From: a virus
Taxonomy: Duplodnaviria; Caudoviricetes
Virus record (IMG/VR): IMGVR_UViG_3300020181_000021
Location: 1-38,201 of that record
Strand: one strand, 5' to 3'
Length of the DNA stretch: 38,201 nt
Part shown: positions 15,908 to 24,738 of the stretch, piece after piece
How the letters are laid out: each line of letters begins with the position of its first letter
Numbering within the stretch: the stretch's first letter is position 1
Made by a program: the position numbers and the translations under genes
Notes under the pieces: model-generated
Databases searched by the model: none
What the model was told of the DNA's origin: nothing
Seen by the model: only the letters and a program-made list of their open reading frames with translations

Positions 15908-16099
15908 TCACTTGCCATACTCCTGAATGAACTGCCTCACCCGGCGCGAAGTGCGCTCACCAGGCTTGCGACCATCCCTCAGCATCGGCACGAACCGAGG
16001 ATCGTTGACGGCAGACCGACCGAACCTGCTCTCAGCCATCCGTGTGCGCTGAAGGAAGGGGTCTATCTGGTTGAGGAGGTTGAGGGTGCGCGGGTTCAT
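15908..16099 (-). CDS. Small Cro-like DNA-binding protein
   Basis: FLQRTRMAESRFGRSAVNDPRFVPMLRDGR resembles alphaproteobacterial phage XRE/Cro-like proteins. Confidence 0.75.
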   Translation of the reverse strand: MNPRTLNLLNQIDPFLQRTRMAESRFGRSAVNDPRFVPMLRDGRKPGERTSRRVRQFIQEYGK

Positions 16100-16344
16100 G
16101 ATGCCACCTGCGGGATAAGGTCCGCGTGGTCGGCAATGCGCTCGATCACATAGCGGCCCTCGGCGTCCAGATGCTCGGCGATGTGTAGCGCCTGCATGCA
16201 CATGCCTGCGCCGGGCCAACCCTTTGCTATGCGGCCGATTGCGCTGAAGAACTCAGCCTGCTTGTCGCCGGTCCAGTTAGCGAAGGTGTCGGCCAACTCC
16301 TGCGGCGTGAGGTCATCCAGCTCGACTGTGCGGGTGATGGTCAT
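16096..16344 (-). CDS. Hypothetical phage protein
   Basis: Coupled ORF (LTPQELADTF..QAEFF). Confidence 0.75.
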   Translation of the reverse strand: MTITRTVELDDLTPQELADTFANWTGDKQAEFFSAIGRIAKGWPGAGMCMQALHIAEHLDAEGRYVIERIADHADLIPQVAS

Positions 16345-16544
16345 GCGAAGGTTCCAATCTCAATGTCCGCCGCCTCGACGCTGCCGAGCAGAGCATTAAG
16401 CATCATGCGGCTGTCGTGTTCGGAGTGCTGGTCGCGCATCACCGCGTCGATCAGATCGTAGGCTTGGCCAAGTCGGCCATCAGCCCAGCCTCCGGCACCT
16501 TCGTAGGTCTCGCGAGCCCAAGGCAGTTGCGGAGCGCCCATCAC
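16341..16544 (-). CDS. Hypothetical protein
   Basis: Coupled ORF. Confidence 0.65.
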   Translation of the reverse strand: MMGAPQLPWARETYEGAGGWADGRLGQAYDLIDAVMRDQHSEHDSRMMLNALLGSVEAADIEIGTFA

Positions 16545-16888
16545 CGAGCCTCCCTCGCAAACCCACGAAGACCCTTGTTCAGCAGGTCAAAGTAGCAGTC
16601 GCCGGGCCATTCGCGGCCAGTGCGGGTCTCGTAGCGATAGGCGATCGACTGACGCCGCTCTTCCTCAGCGTAAGCGTCAAATACCGCATCCAGCTCAGCG
16701 AGGTCGCCGCCATTGTCGATGGCGTATTGCGCAGCCCAGTAGGTCTCGAGGTCCTCCGCCCTTCCCGCTTCATCACGGATGCTGACGAGACAGGCGTCGA
16801 GCCAGTCAGTGGTGCGAAACTCAGCGAGGCGCTCGGGCCACGAAGCCCACTTGCTGAAATCGGGGGTGATGACGCGGTGCTCGGTCAT
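16541..16888 (-). CDS. Hypothetical protein
   Basis: Coupled ORF. Confidence 0.7.
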   Translation of the reverse strand: MTEHRVITPDFSKWASWPERLAEFRTTDWLDACLVSIRDEAGRAEDLETYWAAQYAIDNGGDLAELDAVFDAYAEEERRQSIAYRYETRTGREWPGDCYFDLLNKGLRGFAREAR

Positions 16889-17214
16889 GCCGACACCTGT
16901 TCGGCTGCGCAGTCACTAACCTCGAAGTCTGCGTTCCAAGGCATATCGACCTTGCGCTCGACTTCCTCGGCAGCGAGTTCTTCAGCCTCTTCTTCCGTCC
17001 ACGCCTCGACCGTGACGGTCTCATCGTCAGCGACGCGGTAGGTGTAATTCACCCGAACCTTGAACGAGCGCTTCTTGTCGAGCCCCTCGGGAATGGGGCG
17101 GCCCCACTCGGGATTGTAATACTTCCGCATGGCCTCAGTTGAGGCCGGAAACGGCATGGCAGCGATCTCGTGCAGAGAAGGCTTCGGCTCAGGTTCGGGA
17201 GCGGCACTTGCCAT
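16885..17214 (-). CDS. Hypothetical protein, first gene of the PL operon
   Basis: AGGAG SD; downstream of PL; acidic C-terminus. Confidence 0.75.
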   Translation of the reverse strand: MASAAPEPEPKPSLHEIAAMPFPASTEAMRKYYNPEWGRPIPEGLDKKRSFKVRVNYTYRVADDETVTVEAWTEEEAEELAAEEVERKVDMPWNADFEVSDCAAEQVSA

Positions 17215-17251
17215 CTTCGATCTCCTGCACCGCAGTGGTGCTGTGAGATCA

Positions 17252-17303
17252 GCTTTACGCTAGCTGTAAATCTCGGTCAACAGGAAATTACGTCTGCCGC
17301 AAA
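17252..17303 (-). promoter_or_regulatory. PL promoter with operators OL1 (17254-17270) and OL2 (17287-17303)
   Basis: TTGACC-N17-TAAAGC; TTTAC-N7-GTAAA and ATTAC-N7-GCAAA. Confidence 0.75.
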
Positions 17304-17660
17304 TTACCCGCCGCTTGCATTACGCTCTTCACCCTCTTCAGCCGCGCCGAGCGCCTTCAGGAAACGGGCGGTGCGCGCACGCTCGATTTCGCTTTTGCCG
17401 CGCATGGAAGCAAAAAAGTTGTCGAGCTCATCGCGCTTGAACGGATCAACGCCGATGAGTTCGTGTGGCTCGCACTCGTAGACGGTGGCTAGCGCCTCAA
17501 GGCTACGCTGGGTGTAGGACTGCTTTCCGTTCTCCAGGCGCGAGAGGCTCGCGGCGGTCGTGGGGACTCCCGGATCATCCATGAAGGCGAGCCGCTCGGC
17601 CACCTTCTCCAGCGTCATCTGACGATATCTCCGCCACTCTTTGAAAAACGGGTCAGCCAT
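17304..17660 (-). CDS. cI: CI-like repressor (XRE HTH, no S24 peptidase domain)
   Basis: KEWRRYRQMTLEKVAE..ASLSRLENGKQSY HTH; divergent from cro; about 118 aa. Confidence 0.85.
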   Translation of the reverse strand: MADPFFKEWRRYRQMTLEKVAERLAFMDDPGVPTTAASLSRLENGKQSYTQRSLEALATVYECEPHELIGVDPFKRDELDNFFASMRGKSEIERARTARFLKALGAAEEGEERNASGG

Positions 17661-17672
17661 GCCCGCGGGCAT

Positions 17673-17748
17673 TCTACATCCCGCGTAATCTCTCCATGCG
17701 GGGAGGCGCAAAATCGGTGCTTGCATCATTTTACGGCTAGTGTAAATT
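17673..17748 (+). promoter_or_regulatory. OR region: operators 17673-17689 and 17730-17746; PR TTGCAT-N16-TAAATT
   Basis: TCTAC-N7-GTAAT and TTTAC-N7-GTAAA match the OL palindrome. Confidence 0.7.
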
Positions 17749-17756
17749 GCTGGCCC

Positions 17757-17954
17757 ATGACCCTAGACGAGTATCTTCGCGGCAGCCCGGTGACCGCGGC
17801 AGCGTTCGCTGATCGCATCGGCAAGAGTTCGGCGTCTGTAACACGCATTCGGCGGGGCGAGCAGAAGCTCTCTCTTGAGCTGGCCCAGCGGATCGTGGCC
17901 GCAACCGGGGGTAAGGTCACACTGGAAGACCTTGCGATGGCGCAGGCGGCCTAA
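17757..17954 (+). CDS. cro: Cro-like repressor
   Basis: MTLDEYL..AAFADRIGKSSASVTRIRRG..ATGGKVTLEDL; 65 aa; probably leaderless. Confidence 0.85.
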   Translation: MTLDEYLRGSPVTAAAFADRIGKSSASVTRIRRGEQKLSLELAQRIVAATGGKVTLEDLAMAQAA

Positions 17955-18196
17955 TCGTGAGCGGACTGTTCACTCCCCGGCTTCGGTGGCCGCAGGTTAG
18001 CCAACCGTTTCCGGCCGGCGCCTTCTGCCTGGTCAAGCAGGGCCAGCGCGATGTGACACCCGTTGCGGCACTTGTGGAAGCTCGCCGAGTAGGTGTGTCG
18101 CTTCTGTCCACTGACGCAGGTGAACTGAACGCGGTCGCCCACGATGGCAACTTCGATTGGTTCGGTGATCTCGATGACGGTGCCGTCGTTGGGCAT
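17951..18196 (-). CDS. Small protein encoded antisense within the PR operon
   Basis: ATG 18196 with GGGAG SD; protein-like composition; converges on cro. Confidence 0.55.
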   Translation of the reverse strand: MPNDGTVIEITEPIEVAIVGDRVQFTCVSGQKRHTYSASFHKCRNGCHIALALLDQAEGAGRKRLANLRPPKPGSEQSAHD

Positions 18197-18339
18197 TGCA
18201 ACACTCTCCCGCTGGCTGGTTTGCACCAGTCTGAGAGTGGCTCGGATACAACGTATGTTGTTGAGGGACGTTCCTTTCCTGGCGGCGTCAAGCCCTCGCC
18301 GGCCAACGATGACGGCATGTGCCCGACAGGGGGTGCGGC

Positions 18340-18942
18340 GTGAGGGTCCTGGTCGCCTGCGAATACAGTGCCACCGTGCGCGACGCCTTCCGTGCTCGCG
18401 GCTTCGATGCGTGGTCCTTGGACCTCCTTCCGACTGAGGGTGATCCTCGCTGGCACATCAAGTTCGGGTTCGAGGAGTACGTCAAGGCGGGTGGCTATTA
18501 CTACGGGTGGGACCTGCTTATCGCCCATCCGCCGTGCACCGACCTCGCTGTCAGCGGAGCTCGGCACTTCGCTGCCAAGGTAGCAGACGGACGACAGGCC
18601 CGCGCGCTGGAGTTCGTGCAGCGCCTTCTGGACGCGCCCATTCCGCACATCGCGCTTGAGAACCCGGTCAGCATCATCAGCTCGCGCATCCGCAAGCCCG
18701 ACCAGATCATCCAGCCCTGGCAGTTCGGGCATGGGGAAACGAAGGCAACCTGTCTCTGGCTCAAGAACCTGCCCAAGCTGGCGCCGACCAACGTCGTTGA
18801 CGGCCGGTCCGACCGCATCCACAAGATGCCCCCCGGGCCGAACCGCTGGAAGGAACGCTCGCGCACCTACCCCGGCATCGCTGCCGCCATGGCCGAGCAG
18901 TGGGGCGACTTCCTCCTGAGCCAGCACAGGGAAGCCGCCTAG
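18340..18942 (+). CDS. Phage DNA cytosine methyltransferase-like protein
   Basis: VLVACEYS, AHPPC (catalytic PC), ENPV, TKATCLWLK and RSRTYPGIAAAMAEQW motifs. Confidence 0.85.
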   Translation: MRVLVACEYSATVRDAFRARGFDAWSLDLLPTEGDPRWHIKFGFEEYVKAGGYYYGWDLLIAHPPCTDLAVSGARHFAAKVADGRQARALEFVQRLLDAPIPHIALENPVSIISSRIRKPDQIIQPWQFGHGETKATCLWLKNLPKLAPTNVVDGRSDRIHKMPPGPNRWKERSRTYPGIAAAMAEQWGDFLLSQHREAA

Positions 18943-19121
18943 ATGGCTCCCCTCCCCCGCTTCGAATGTCTCGACTGCGGCTTGGCTGTCGATGAGCCCT
19001 GCTTCGGCAGCCAGTGCGAGCTCAGACCGCTCCAGCACGCCTCTAACCGCATCCCCGATGCTGACCCAGCCCGTGCGCTGCTGAAGTTCGGTGCCCCTGT
19101 TCACGCCAGCGGAGATAGTCT

Positions 19122-19568
19122 GTGACCTCGCCGACAATCGCGGGGAAACGCCCCGTCTATTCCGACTTGAACGCGCTCGAAGCTCTCGGACGCGCCCTTC
19201 ACGAGATCAAAGCTCAGGACGGCCTCACTTGGACCGACATCGGCAAGGTGCTCGGCGTCAGTGACGATCAGGCGGCCAAGTACGCGAACGGTATGGCGCA
19301 GATGGGCGCTGCCACACTCGGCCGCGGCAAACGCGAATGGAACGGCAGGTTCACCGGCTACTTCGACCGCCTGTGCGTCGATAGCAGGCCCGGCAAGGTC
19401 GATGACCGCCAGTGCCACACCTCGCTTCTGGAGGCTGCCCTGGCCTTCTCCGTAGCCCTCCAGGATGGCGACTTCACCGCTGAGGAAGTGCGGCAGAACC
19501 GCCAAACTCTCGAGAACGCTCGCGATGCCATTGATGCGGTCCTCGGTAAGCTGAGGCCGGCAGCATGA
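19122..19568 (+). CDS. CII-like HTH regulator
   Basis: LTWTDIGKVLGVSDDQAAKY HTH; A(L)QDG.FTAEE C-terminal motif; position in the PR operon. Confidence 0.6.
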   Translation: MTSPTIAGKRPVYSDLNALEALGRALHEIKAQDGLTWTDIGKVLGVSDDQAAKYANGMAQMGAATLGRGKREWNGRFTGYFDRLCVDSRPGKVDDRQCHTSLLEAALAFSVALQDGDFTAEEVRQNRQTLENARDAIDAVLGKLRPAA

Positions 19569-19762
19569 CCCGGCCCGCAAATCCCTATCCCCAAGAGTTC
19601 TCCGATGCCGAGTGGGCGCAGATCGAAGCTGCCTCACGGAACCGCCAGCAAGAGGACGACAAGCCCTCTGGCGCACTCATTGGCATTGCACTGGCCCTCT
19701 ATGCTCTTGGTGGGGCGATGTTCGGCTTCCTGGCGGGGCTGCTGGCCGGGGGCGGTTGGTGA
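19565..19762 (+). CDS. Small membrane protein
   Basis: C-terminal TM; coupled. Confidence 0.65.
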   Translation: MTRPANPYPQEFSDAEWAQIEAASRNRQQEDDKPSGALIGIALALYALGGAMFGFLAGLLAGGGW

Positions 19763-20187
19763 TGGACCTGAGCCCCGCCCAATTCCGCGCGCAGATCGCG
19801 CAGCTGGTTACCGACCCTGACTTCATCGAGCGGGCGGTCAGTGACTACGCCCGCACTTGGCGGAAGGCCACCAAACCCAAGCCCGCCGAGAAGATCGGTG
19901 CGCCCGGTCAGCCAAGTAGGCCTGCCGAAGTTACGCACGAAGAGGACATGGAGCGCGGGTCCTCCGAGTTGTTCGAGGCCATCAAGCTCGCCCGCCTGCG
20001 TCAACCCACCGGAAGCCGGCAGCGGCTCATCTGGCGCACACGCACGGGGCTGGACTCTGGCTTCTGCGCGGGCGGGTCTGGCGTGTTTCAAGCACATACG
20101 TTCGATCGCCCGCCTGCCCGCGACCCCTGCCCTTACTGCGGCACCCGTCAGGACCTCGGCTGCAAGCACATGCGGAGGTCTGCATGA
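19762..20187 (+). CDS. Hypothetical protein with C-terminal Zn motif
   Basis: ATG 19762 (TGATG); RDPCPYCGTRQDLGCKH. Confidence 0.7.
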   Translation: MDLSPAQFRAQIAQLVTDPDFIERAVSDYARTWRKATKPKPAEKIGAPGQPSRPAEVTHEEDMERGSSELFEAIKLARLRQPTGSRQRLIWRTRTGLDSGFCAGGSGVFQAHTFDRPPARDPCPYCGTRQDLGCKHMRRSA

Positions 20188-20591
20188 CCCCTCCCTTCAT
20201 AGCCGATCTGGAAGCCGAAGCCGCGGAGACGCCGCGGTTCCGCAAGTACGGCGCCAAGCGCACCGAGTGTGGTCAGGCTCACATCCACGACAGCAAGGCA
20301 GAGGCCCAGCGCTGCAACACTCTGCACGCGCTCCAGGAGACCGGCAATATCAGCCGCCTCGAGATGCAGCCCGAGTTCCCGATCGCGATCGATGGCAAGC
20401 ACGTCTGCACCTATCGCGGAGACTTCGCGTACTTCGTCGCTGACTGCCGCATCGTAGAGGATGTCAAAGGGGTCCTGACGCCCGTCTACCGGCTCAAGAA
20501 GAAGCTGGTCGAAGCGGTCCACCCCGGTGTCGTCATCACCGAGTATCCGCCCCGCAAGCGCAAGGCGCGCAAGTCGAGGAAGGCTGCCTGA
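20184..20591 (+). CDS. DUF1064-family PD-(D/E)xK endonuclease
   Basis: KYGAKRT, DSKAEA, YRGDFAY, VEDVKG and YRLKKKL motifs. Confidence 0.88.
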   Translation: MTPPFIADLEAEAAETPRFRKYGAKRTECGQAHIHDSKAEAQRCNTLHALQETGNISRLEMQPEFPIAIDGKHVCTYRGDFAYFVADCRIVEDVKGVLTPVYRLKKKLVEAVHPGVVITEYPPRKRKARKSRKAA

Positions 20592-20893
20592 TGGCTATGT
20601 CCCTCACCCACGCCCAAGCCAATCTGCTCGCCTTCATCGAGCGGTATCAGGCTGAGAACAACGGCGTGTCGCCCAGTTTCGATGAGATGCAGCAGGAGTT
20701 GGGTCTTCGCGGCCGAGGTGCCGTGCATCGCTTGCTGGTCAAACTCGAGGAGCGGGGCCGCATCCGGCGCGAGTTCGGGTGCGCCCGAGCGATCGAAATC
20801 ATCCCTGACACAAGCGTCCTGGCATCATTCCCTTCAACTGCACTGATTGCTGAGCTGGCACGCCGTGCTGACGAGAGGCGGGCTGCTGCGTGA
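20591..20893 (+). CDS. LexA DNA-binding-domain-only protein
   Basis: LT..Q..LL.FI..GVSPSFDEM..LGL....VHRL...LEERG.IRR..ARAIEI; no C-terminal peptidase domain. Confidence 0.85.
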   Translation: MAMSLTHAQANLLAFIERYQAENNGVSPSFDEMQQELGLRGRGAVHRLLVKLEERGRIRREFGCARAIEIIPDTSVLASFPSTALIAELARRADERRAAA

Positions 20894-21222
20894 GCCCGGT
20901 GACTCGGCCTTCAAGCGCTTGGCGCAAGAGGATGTTCAAGCGCATCGCTCAGCGTGACGGGGCCGTGTGCGCGCGATGCGGCGAGCCAAACAGGAAGCTT
21001 TGTGTAGCTGCCGGGCAGAACCAAACCGAAGACGGCCATCGCTTTAGCTGGGTCTATTTTCGCACGAGCCTGGAGTTGGAGCACGTCATTCCGCTGCACC
21101 TTGGCGGCGACAATGAGATGGACAACCTGCGCCTGCTGTGCGGGCCATGCCATCGCTCCAAGACATCGGCTGAGCAGTCGGCAAGACTGAAAGCGCTTGG
21201 CGCTGGGCGCAACGCCCGGTGA
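20890..21222 (+). CDS. HNH endonuclease
   Basis: RDGAVCARC, LEHVIPL..GG.N..DNL.LLC..CH motifs. Confidence 0.9.
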   Translation: MSPVTRPSSAWRKRMFKRIAQRDGAVCARCGEPNRKLCVAAGQNQTEDGHRFSWVYFRTSLELEHVIPLHLGGDNEMDNLRLLCGPCHRSKTSAEQSARLKALGAGRNAR

Positions 21223-21986
21223 GTAACCACCTCATCTCGGAAGCCTATAAGCGGCAGCTAGGCAGCATGGCCCGCAATGCGGTCATGGTGCTGCTTGCCG
21301 ACAAAGCGAGCGATGACGGCACAGGTATCTGGGCATCTAAGCAGCGCATGGCAGAGGAGCTTGGGACCACCAAGCAGACGGTCATCACCACGATCAAGGC
21401 GCTGGTTGCTGATGGGCTGCTTTCCGAAGCTGGGCAACGCAAGTGCGCCAACGGGTACACAGTGGAATACCAGATTAATGTCTCGGCATTGCAAGCACTT
21501 CCGCTTGTAGCATCACACCAGTCAAATAGCGTAACCGGTCAAGCAGCTAGACCGGTAAAGCCTCATAAGCTGACCGGTCAAGCAGCTAGACCCAAACCCT
21601 CCGGAACCCCCCATAACGGTTTAGCTAACGCTAAACCTAGTGCGCGCGGGCAACTCGCCAAACCGGATGATGTCAGTGAGGTTGTTTGGCGCGACTTCAA
21701 GCGGCAGCGCAAGAAATCCATCACCGACACCGCCCTGCGAGGGATCAAGCGAGAGGCCGCAAAGGCAGGCTGGTCGCTGGAAGCTGCCTTGGAAGAGGCG
21801 ACGACTAGGGGTTGGGAGAGCTTCAAAGCGGATTGGGTGAAGGACCGGGCAAATGGACAATTCAGGAACGGCAACACTCCGGCGCGCGACCTCGGGATGC
21901 AGCTCGCGGAACGACGCCAACGAAGCGCTGGCGACAGCCTTGTTGACCTCCTGCCTAGCCCTCGTGCGGCCGGTGGGTATGGGTGA
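21219..21986 (+). CDS. Replication initiator (HTH)
   Basis: N-terminal LADKASDDG..WAS HTH; internal iterons; C-terminal W.DF..QRK domain. Confidence 0.85.
   Translation: MSNHLISEAYKRQLGSMARNAVMVLLADKASDDGTGIWASKQRMAEELGTTKQTVITTIKALVADGLLSEAGQRKCANGYTVEYQINVSALQALPLVASHQSNSVTGQAARPVKPHKLTGQAARPKPSGTPHNGLANAKPSARGQLAKPDDVSEVVWRDFKRQRKKSITDTALRGIKREAAKAGWSLEAALEEATTRGWESFKADWVKDRANGQFRNGNTPARDLGMQLAERRQRSAGDSLVDLLPSPRAAGGYG
21517..21592 (+). repeat. Iterons/replication origin within the initiator gene
   Basis: ACCGGTCAAGCAGCTAGACC at 21534 and 21573; variants ACCAGTCAA at 21517 and ACCGGTAAA at 21551. Confidence 0.8.
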
Positions 21987-22332
21987 CGGCGAGGCGGTGG
22001 ACTGGCTGAGCGTCGCACTGGGCGAAGTGAACCATTACCCGGCGGATGTCCTTGACTACGCGACTGCCGAAGCTCGGCGGACCTGCACCCACCACGCGCA
22101 GATCGTGCCGGCAGTCATCGCAGCTGCCGAGGAGCGCATGGCTCACCGTCGTCGCATGGCCGAGCTGTCCGCGCCGATCGACCTGCCGAAGCTACCCGCC
22201 CCTCCGCTGCTGAGCGACGAGGAGTTCGACCGGATCGTGTCCGAACGTGGGCTTGCGCTGTCGTCCCACCTGGACCGCGGTGTGATCATCTCGAACGGCG
22301 ACGGCACCTTCCGCCGCAGGGAGGCACCATGA
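21853..22332 (+). CDS. Putative helicase loader/replication accessory protein
   Basis: Follows and overlaps the initiator; AGGA SD; function inferred from position. Confidence 0.6.
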   Translation: MDNSGTATLRRATSGCSSRNDANEALATALLTSCLALVRPVGMGDGEAVDWLSVALGEVNHYPADVLDYATAEARRTCTHHAQIVPAVIAAAEERMAHRRRMAELSAPIDLPKLPAPPLLSDEEFDRIVSERGLALSSHLDRGVIISNGDGTFRRREAP

Positions 22333-22357
22333 CCCTCCCCAACAACAGGATAGCCTG

Positions 22358-22588
22358 ATGGCCCTCCACATCACACAGCACGCGGTGGAGCGCTATCAAC
22401 GCCGAGTTGAGGCTGTCTGCGAGGCCGAGGCCATTCGCCGGCTGAGCAGCCCGTCGATCGAGCGAGCGGCGTCCATCGGAGCATCGTCGGTCATCCTCCC
22501 CAGCGGACACAAGGTCATCCTCATTCGGCACAGCGTGATCACGGTGAAGCCGAAGCACAAAGACAAGCGGAGGGTACATCGTGGCTAG
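22358..22588 (+). CDS. Hypothetical protein (ITQHAVERY motif)
   Basis: 76-aa ORF; HA.ERY..R and VITV motifs. Confidence 0.7.
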   Translation: MALHITQHAVERYQRRVEAVCEAEAIRRLSSPSIERAASIGASSVILPSGHKVILIRHSVITVKPKHKDKRRVHRG

Positions 22589-22805
22589 AGGCAGACCCAA
22601 GCTCGTCATGACGCATCGCCGGCAGCAGGTGCTGGATTGCCTTGCGGAGAGTGCCGCCAGCGGGAAGAGGATCACGCTCGGACAGCTCGTTCGTCAATGC
22701 GGCTTCTATCAGCGGGAAGATGCGAAACGGGTGCTGCGCGATCTCAGGAAGATGAAGCGCACGGCTAATTTTTGCATACTGCCGGAGGGCGCGCGGAACC
22801 TATAA
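22581..22805 (+). CDS. Small winged-HTH protein, possible late regulator
   Basis: MTHRRQQVLDCL..ITLGQLVRQCG; last early gene before terS. Confidence 0.6.
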   Translation: MARGRPKLVMTHRRQQVLDCLAESAASGKRITLGQLVRQCGFYQREDAKRVLRDLRKMKRTANFCILPEGARNL

Positions 22806-22817
22806 CTGAATGGCCGC

Positions 22818-23276
22818 ATGGCAGGCGGCCGTCCCACCAAGTACGATCCAGACTTCGCGCGCCAAGCGCTGAAGCTCGCGGAGCTTGGCGCAACCGACCA
22901 GGAGATGGCGGACTTCTTTGAGGTTGAGGTTCGCACCCTCTACCGCTGGAAGCATGACCACGACGAGTTTTGTCAGTCCCTAAAGACAGGCAAGGAAGTT
23001 GCGGACGAGCGCGTCGAGCGCAGCCTCTATCAGCGAGCCATTGGCTACGAGCAGGAAGAGGTCAAAATCTTCATGCCCGCCAATGCGGAGGCGCCGGTCT
23101 ACGCGCCGTTTCGAGCCAAGATCGCGCCGGACACAACGGCAGCCATCTTCTGGCTGAAGAACCGTCGCAAGAACGACTGGCGCGACAAGCAGGAGATCGA
23201 ACACTCCGCGAGCGACACCCTCGCGCAAGCCATCTTCGCCGCCCGCCAGCGCACCGAGGCAGACGATGCTCGCTGA
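22818..23276 (+). CDS. terS: Terminase small subunit
   Basis: GRPTKY, GATDQEMADFFEV, PDTTAAIFWLKNR and WRDKQE motifs. Confidence 0.92.
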   Translation: MAGGRPTKYDPDFARQALKLAELGATDQEMADFFEVEVRTLYRWKHDHDEFCQSLKTGKEVADERVERSLYQRAIGYEQEEVKIFMPANAEAPVYAPFRAKIAPDTTAAIFWLKNRRKNDWRDKQEIEHSASDTLAQAIFAARQRTEADDAR

Positions 23277-24738
23277 GGTGGACCAGATGCTCGCCGAAGA
23301 CATGGCGGGTTTCTACGCAAATCCGCTTGGGTTCGTGCTCTACGCCTTCGACTGGGGCAATGGTGACCTGTCCGGTTGGGATGGCCCTGACGAATGGCAG
23401 CGCGAGTTCCTGACTGAGCTCGGTGAAGCGATCCGTAATCGCGAAGAAGGCGACGTGATCCGCATGGCCGCCAAGACCGGCCGTGGCCCTGGCAAGACCG
23501 CAGTCGAAGCGTGGCTGATACTGTTCTTCATGAGCACCCGGCCGCACTTCGCCGGCATCGCTACGGCTAACACCGGCGATCAGCTCGATACCAAGCTCTG
23601 GCGCGAACTGAGCCTGTGGCACCAGCGCGCGATCAACAAGCATTGGTTCCAGTGGACAGCAACCCGGTTCTTCCACGTCGAAGCGAAGTCCACCTGGGGT
23701 GTGGACGCGATGAAGTGGTCGGAGCATAAGCCCGATGCGTTCGGCGGCCTGCATAACAACGGGCGCGGCCAATGCGCGATCCTGGATGAGGGGTCGGGTA
23801 TCGCGGACAGCATCTACGACGTGGTTGACGCGACCATGACGGATCCCGACAGCTTCGTGTTCGTGTTCGCCAACCCGATCCGCAAGCGCGGGCGGTTCTA
23901 CGAGATATTCACCCGCTTCCGGCACCGCTGGCTTCTGGGAACGGTCGATACACGTAAAGCCAAGGCGGCAAACCAGAAGCAGATCGAGGACATGATCGAG
24001 GACTGGGGCCTCGCCTCGGATCACGTTCGCGTCAACGTTCTGGGCGAGTTCCCCGAAGTCGATGCCGACACGCTCATTCCGCTGCACCTGCTAGAGAGCG
24101 CGAAGTCGCGGGAAGTCGGCATCGACGCCATCGCCCGCGTCAAGCCGATCTGGAGTGTGGACGTGGCACGCTTCGGCGATGACCGGACCACGGTGGCCAA
24201 GCGCCGCGGGCGTGCGCTGATGGAGCCTGTGATCGCCTGGCGCGGGCTCGACACCATGCAGACCGCCGGTCGCATCAAGGCGATGTACGAAGACACGCCT
24301 CGCGACGAGCTGCCGAGCCATATCGTGGTGGACGTGATCGGTATTGGCTCGGGCGTCGTGGATCGGCTGCGTGAGCATGGTCTGCCCGTGGTGGCGCTGA
24401 ACGTGTCCGAGAGCCCGGCGATCGATGGCAAGTTCGCCAAGCGTCGCGATGAGCTGTGGTGGAATGCGCGCAAGTGGTTCGAAGGGCTGGACGTGTCCAT
24501 GCAGGACGACGCGCTCGCCGCTGAGCTGAGCGACGTTCTGTATGGCTACACCAGCAACGGCCTGATCAAGATCGAGCCGAAGCACGAGACCAAGGAACGC
24601 CTTGGCCGGTCCCCTGACTTGGCTGACGCCTTCATCGGCACGTTCGCCGTCACCCCGGTTCTGATCGAGCGTGAGCGTGACCGATACGAGCGCGCACGGA
24701 TGCGGTCACAACCTCAAGCAAGCGCGTGGGCGGCATAA
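23266..24738 (+). CDS. terL: Terminase large subunit
   Basis: Walker A GRGPGKT, Walker B ILDEGS, nuclease VDVARFGDD and SPDLADA. Confidence 0.95.
   Translation: MLAEVDQMLAEDMAGFYANPLGFVLYAFDWGNGDLSGWDGPDEWQREFLTELGEAIRNREEGDVIRMAAKTGRGPGKTAVEAWLILFFMSTRPHFAGIATANTGDQLDTKLWRELSLWHQRAINKHWFQWTATRFFHVEAKSTWGVDAMKWSEHKPDAFGGLHNNGRGQCAILDEGSGIADSIYDVVDATMTDPDSFVFVFANPIRKRGRFYEIFTRFRHRWLLGTVDTRKAKAANQKQIEDMIEDWGLASDHVRVNVLGEFPEVDADTLIPLHLLESAKSREVGIDAIARVKPIWSVDVARFGDDRTTVAKRRGRALMEPVIAWRGLDTMQTAGRIKAMYEDTPRDELPSHIVVDVIGIGSGVVDRLREHGLPVVALNVSESPAIDGKFAKRRDELWWNARKWFEGLDVSMQDDALAAELSDVLYGYTSNGLIKIEPKHETKERLGRSPDLADAFIGTFAVTPVLIERERDRYERARMRSQPQASAWAA

Noticed and set aside
18259-18273. Second LexA box upstream of the antisense gene 17951..18196
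   Set aside because: The best match is GTTG-N6-GTTC, which has the wrong spacing and a mismatch.
22773-22806. Third copy of the late promoter motif upstream of terS
   Set aside because: TATAAC is present, but there is no CCGAAACA motif, no AAGCG hairpins and no well-spaced -35.
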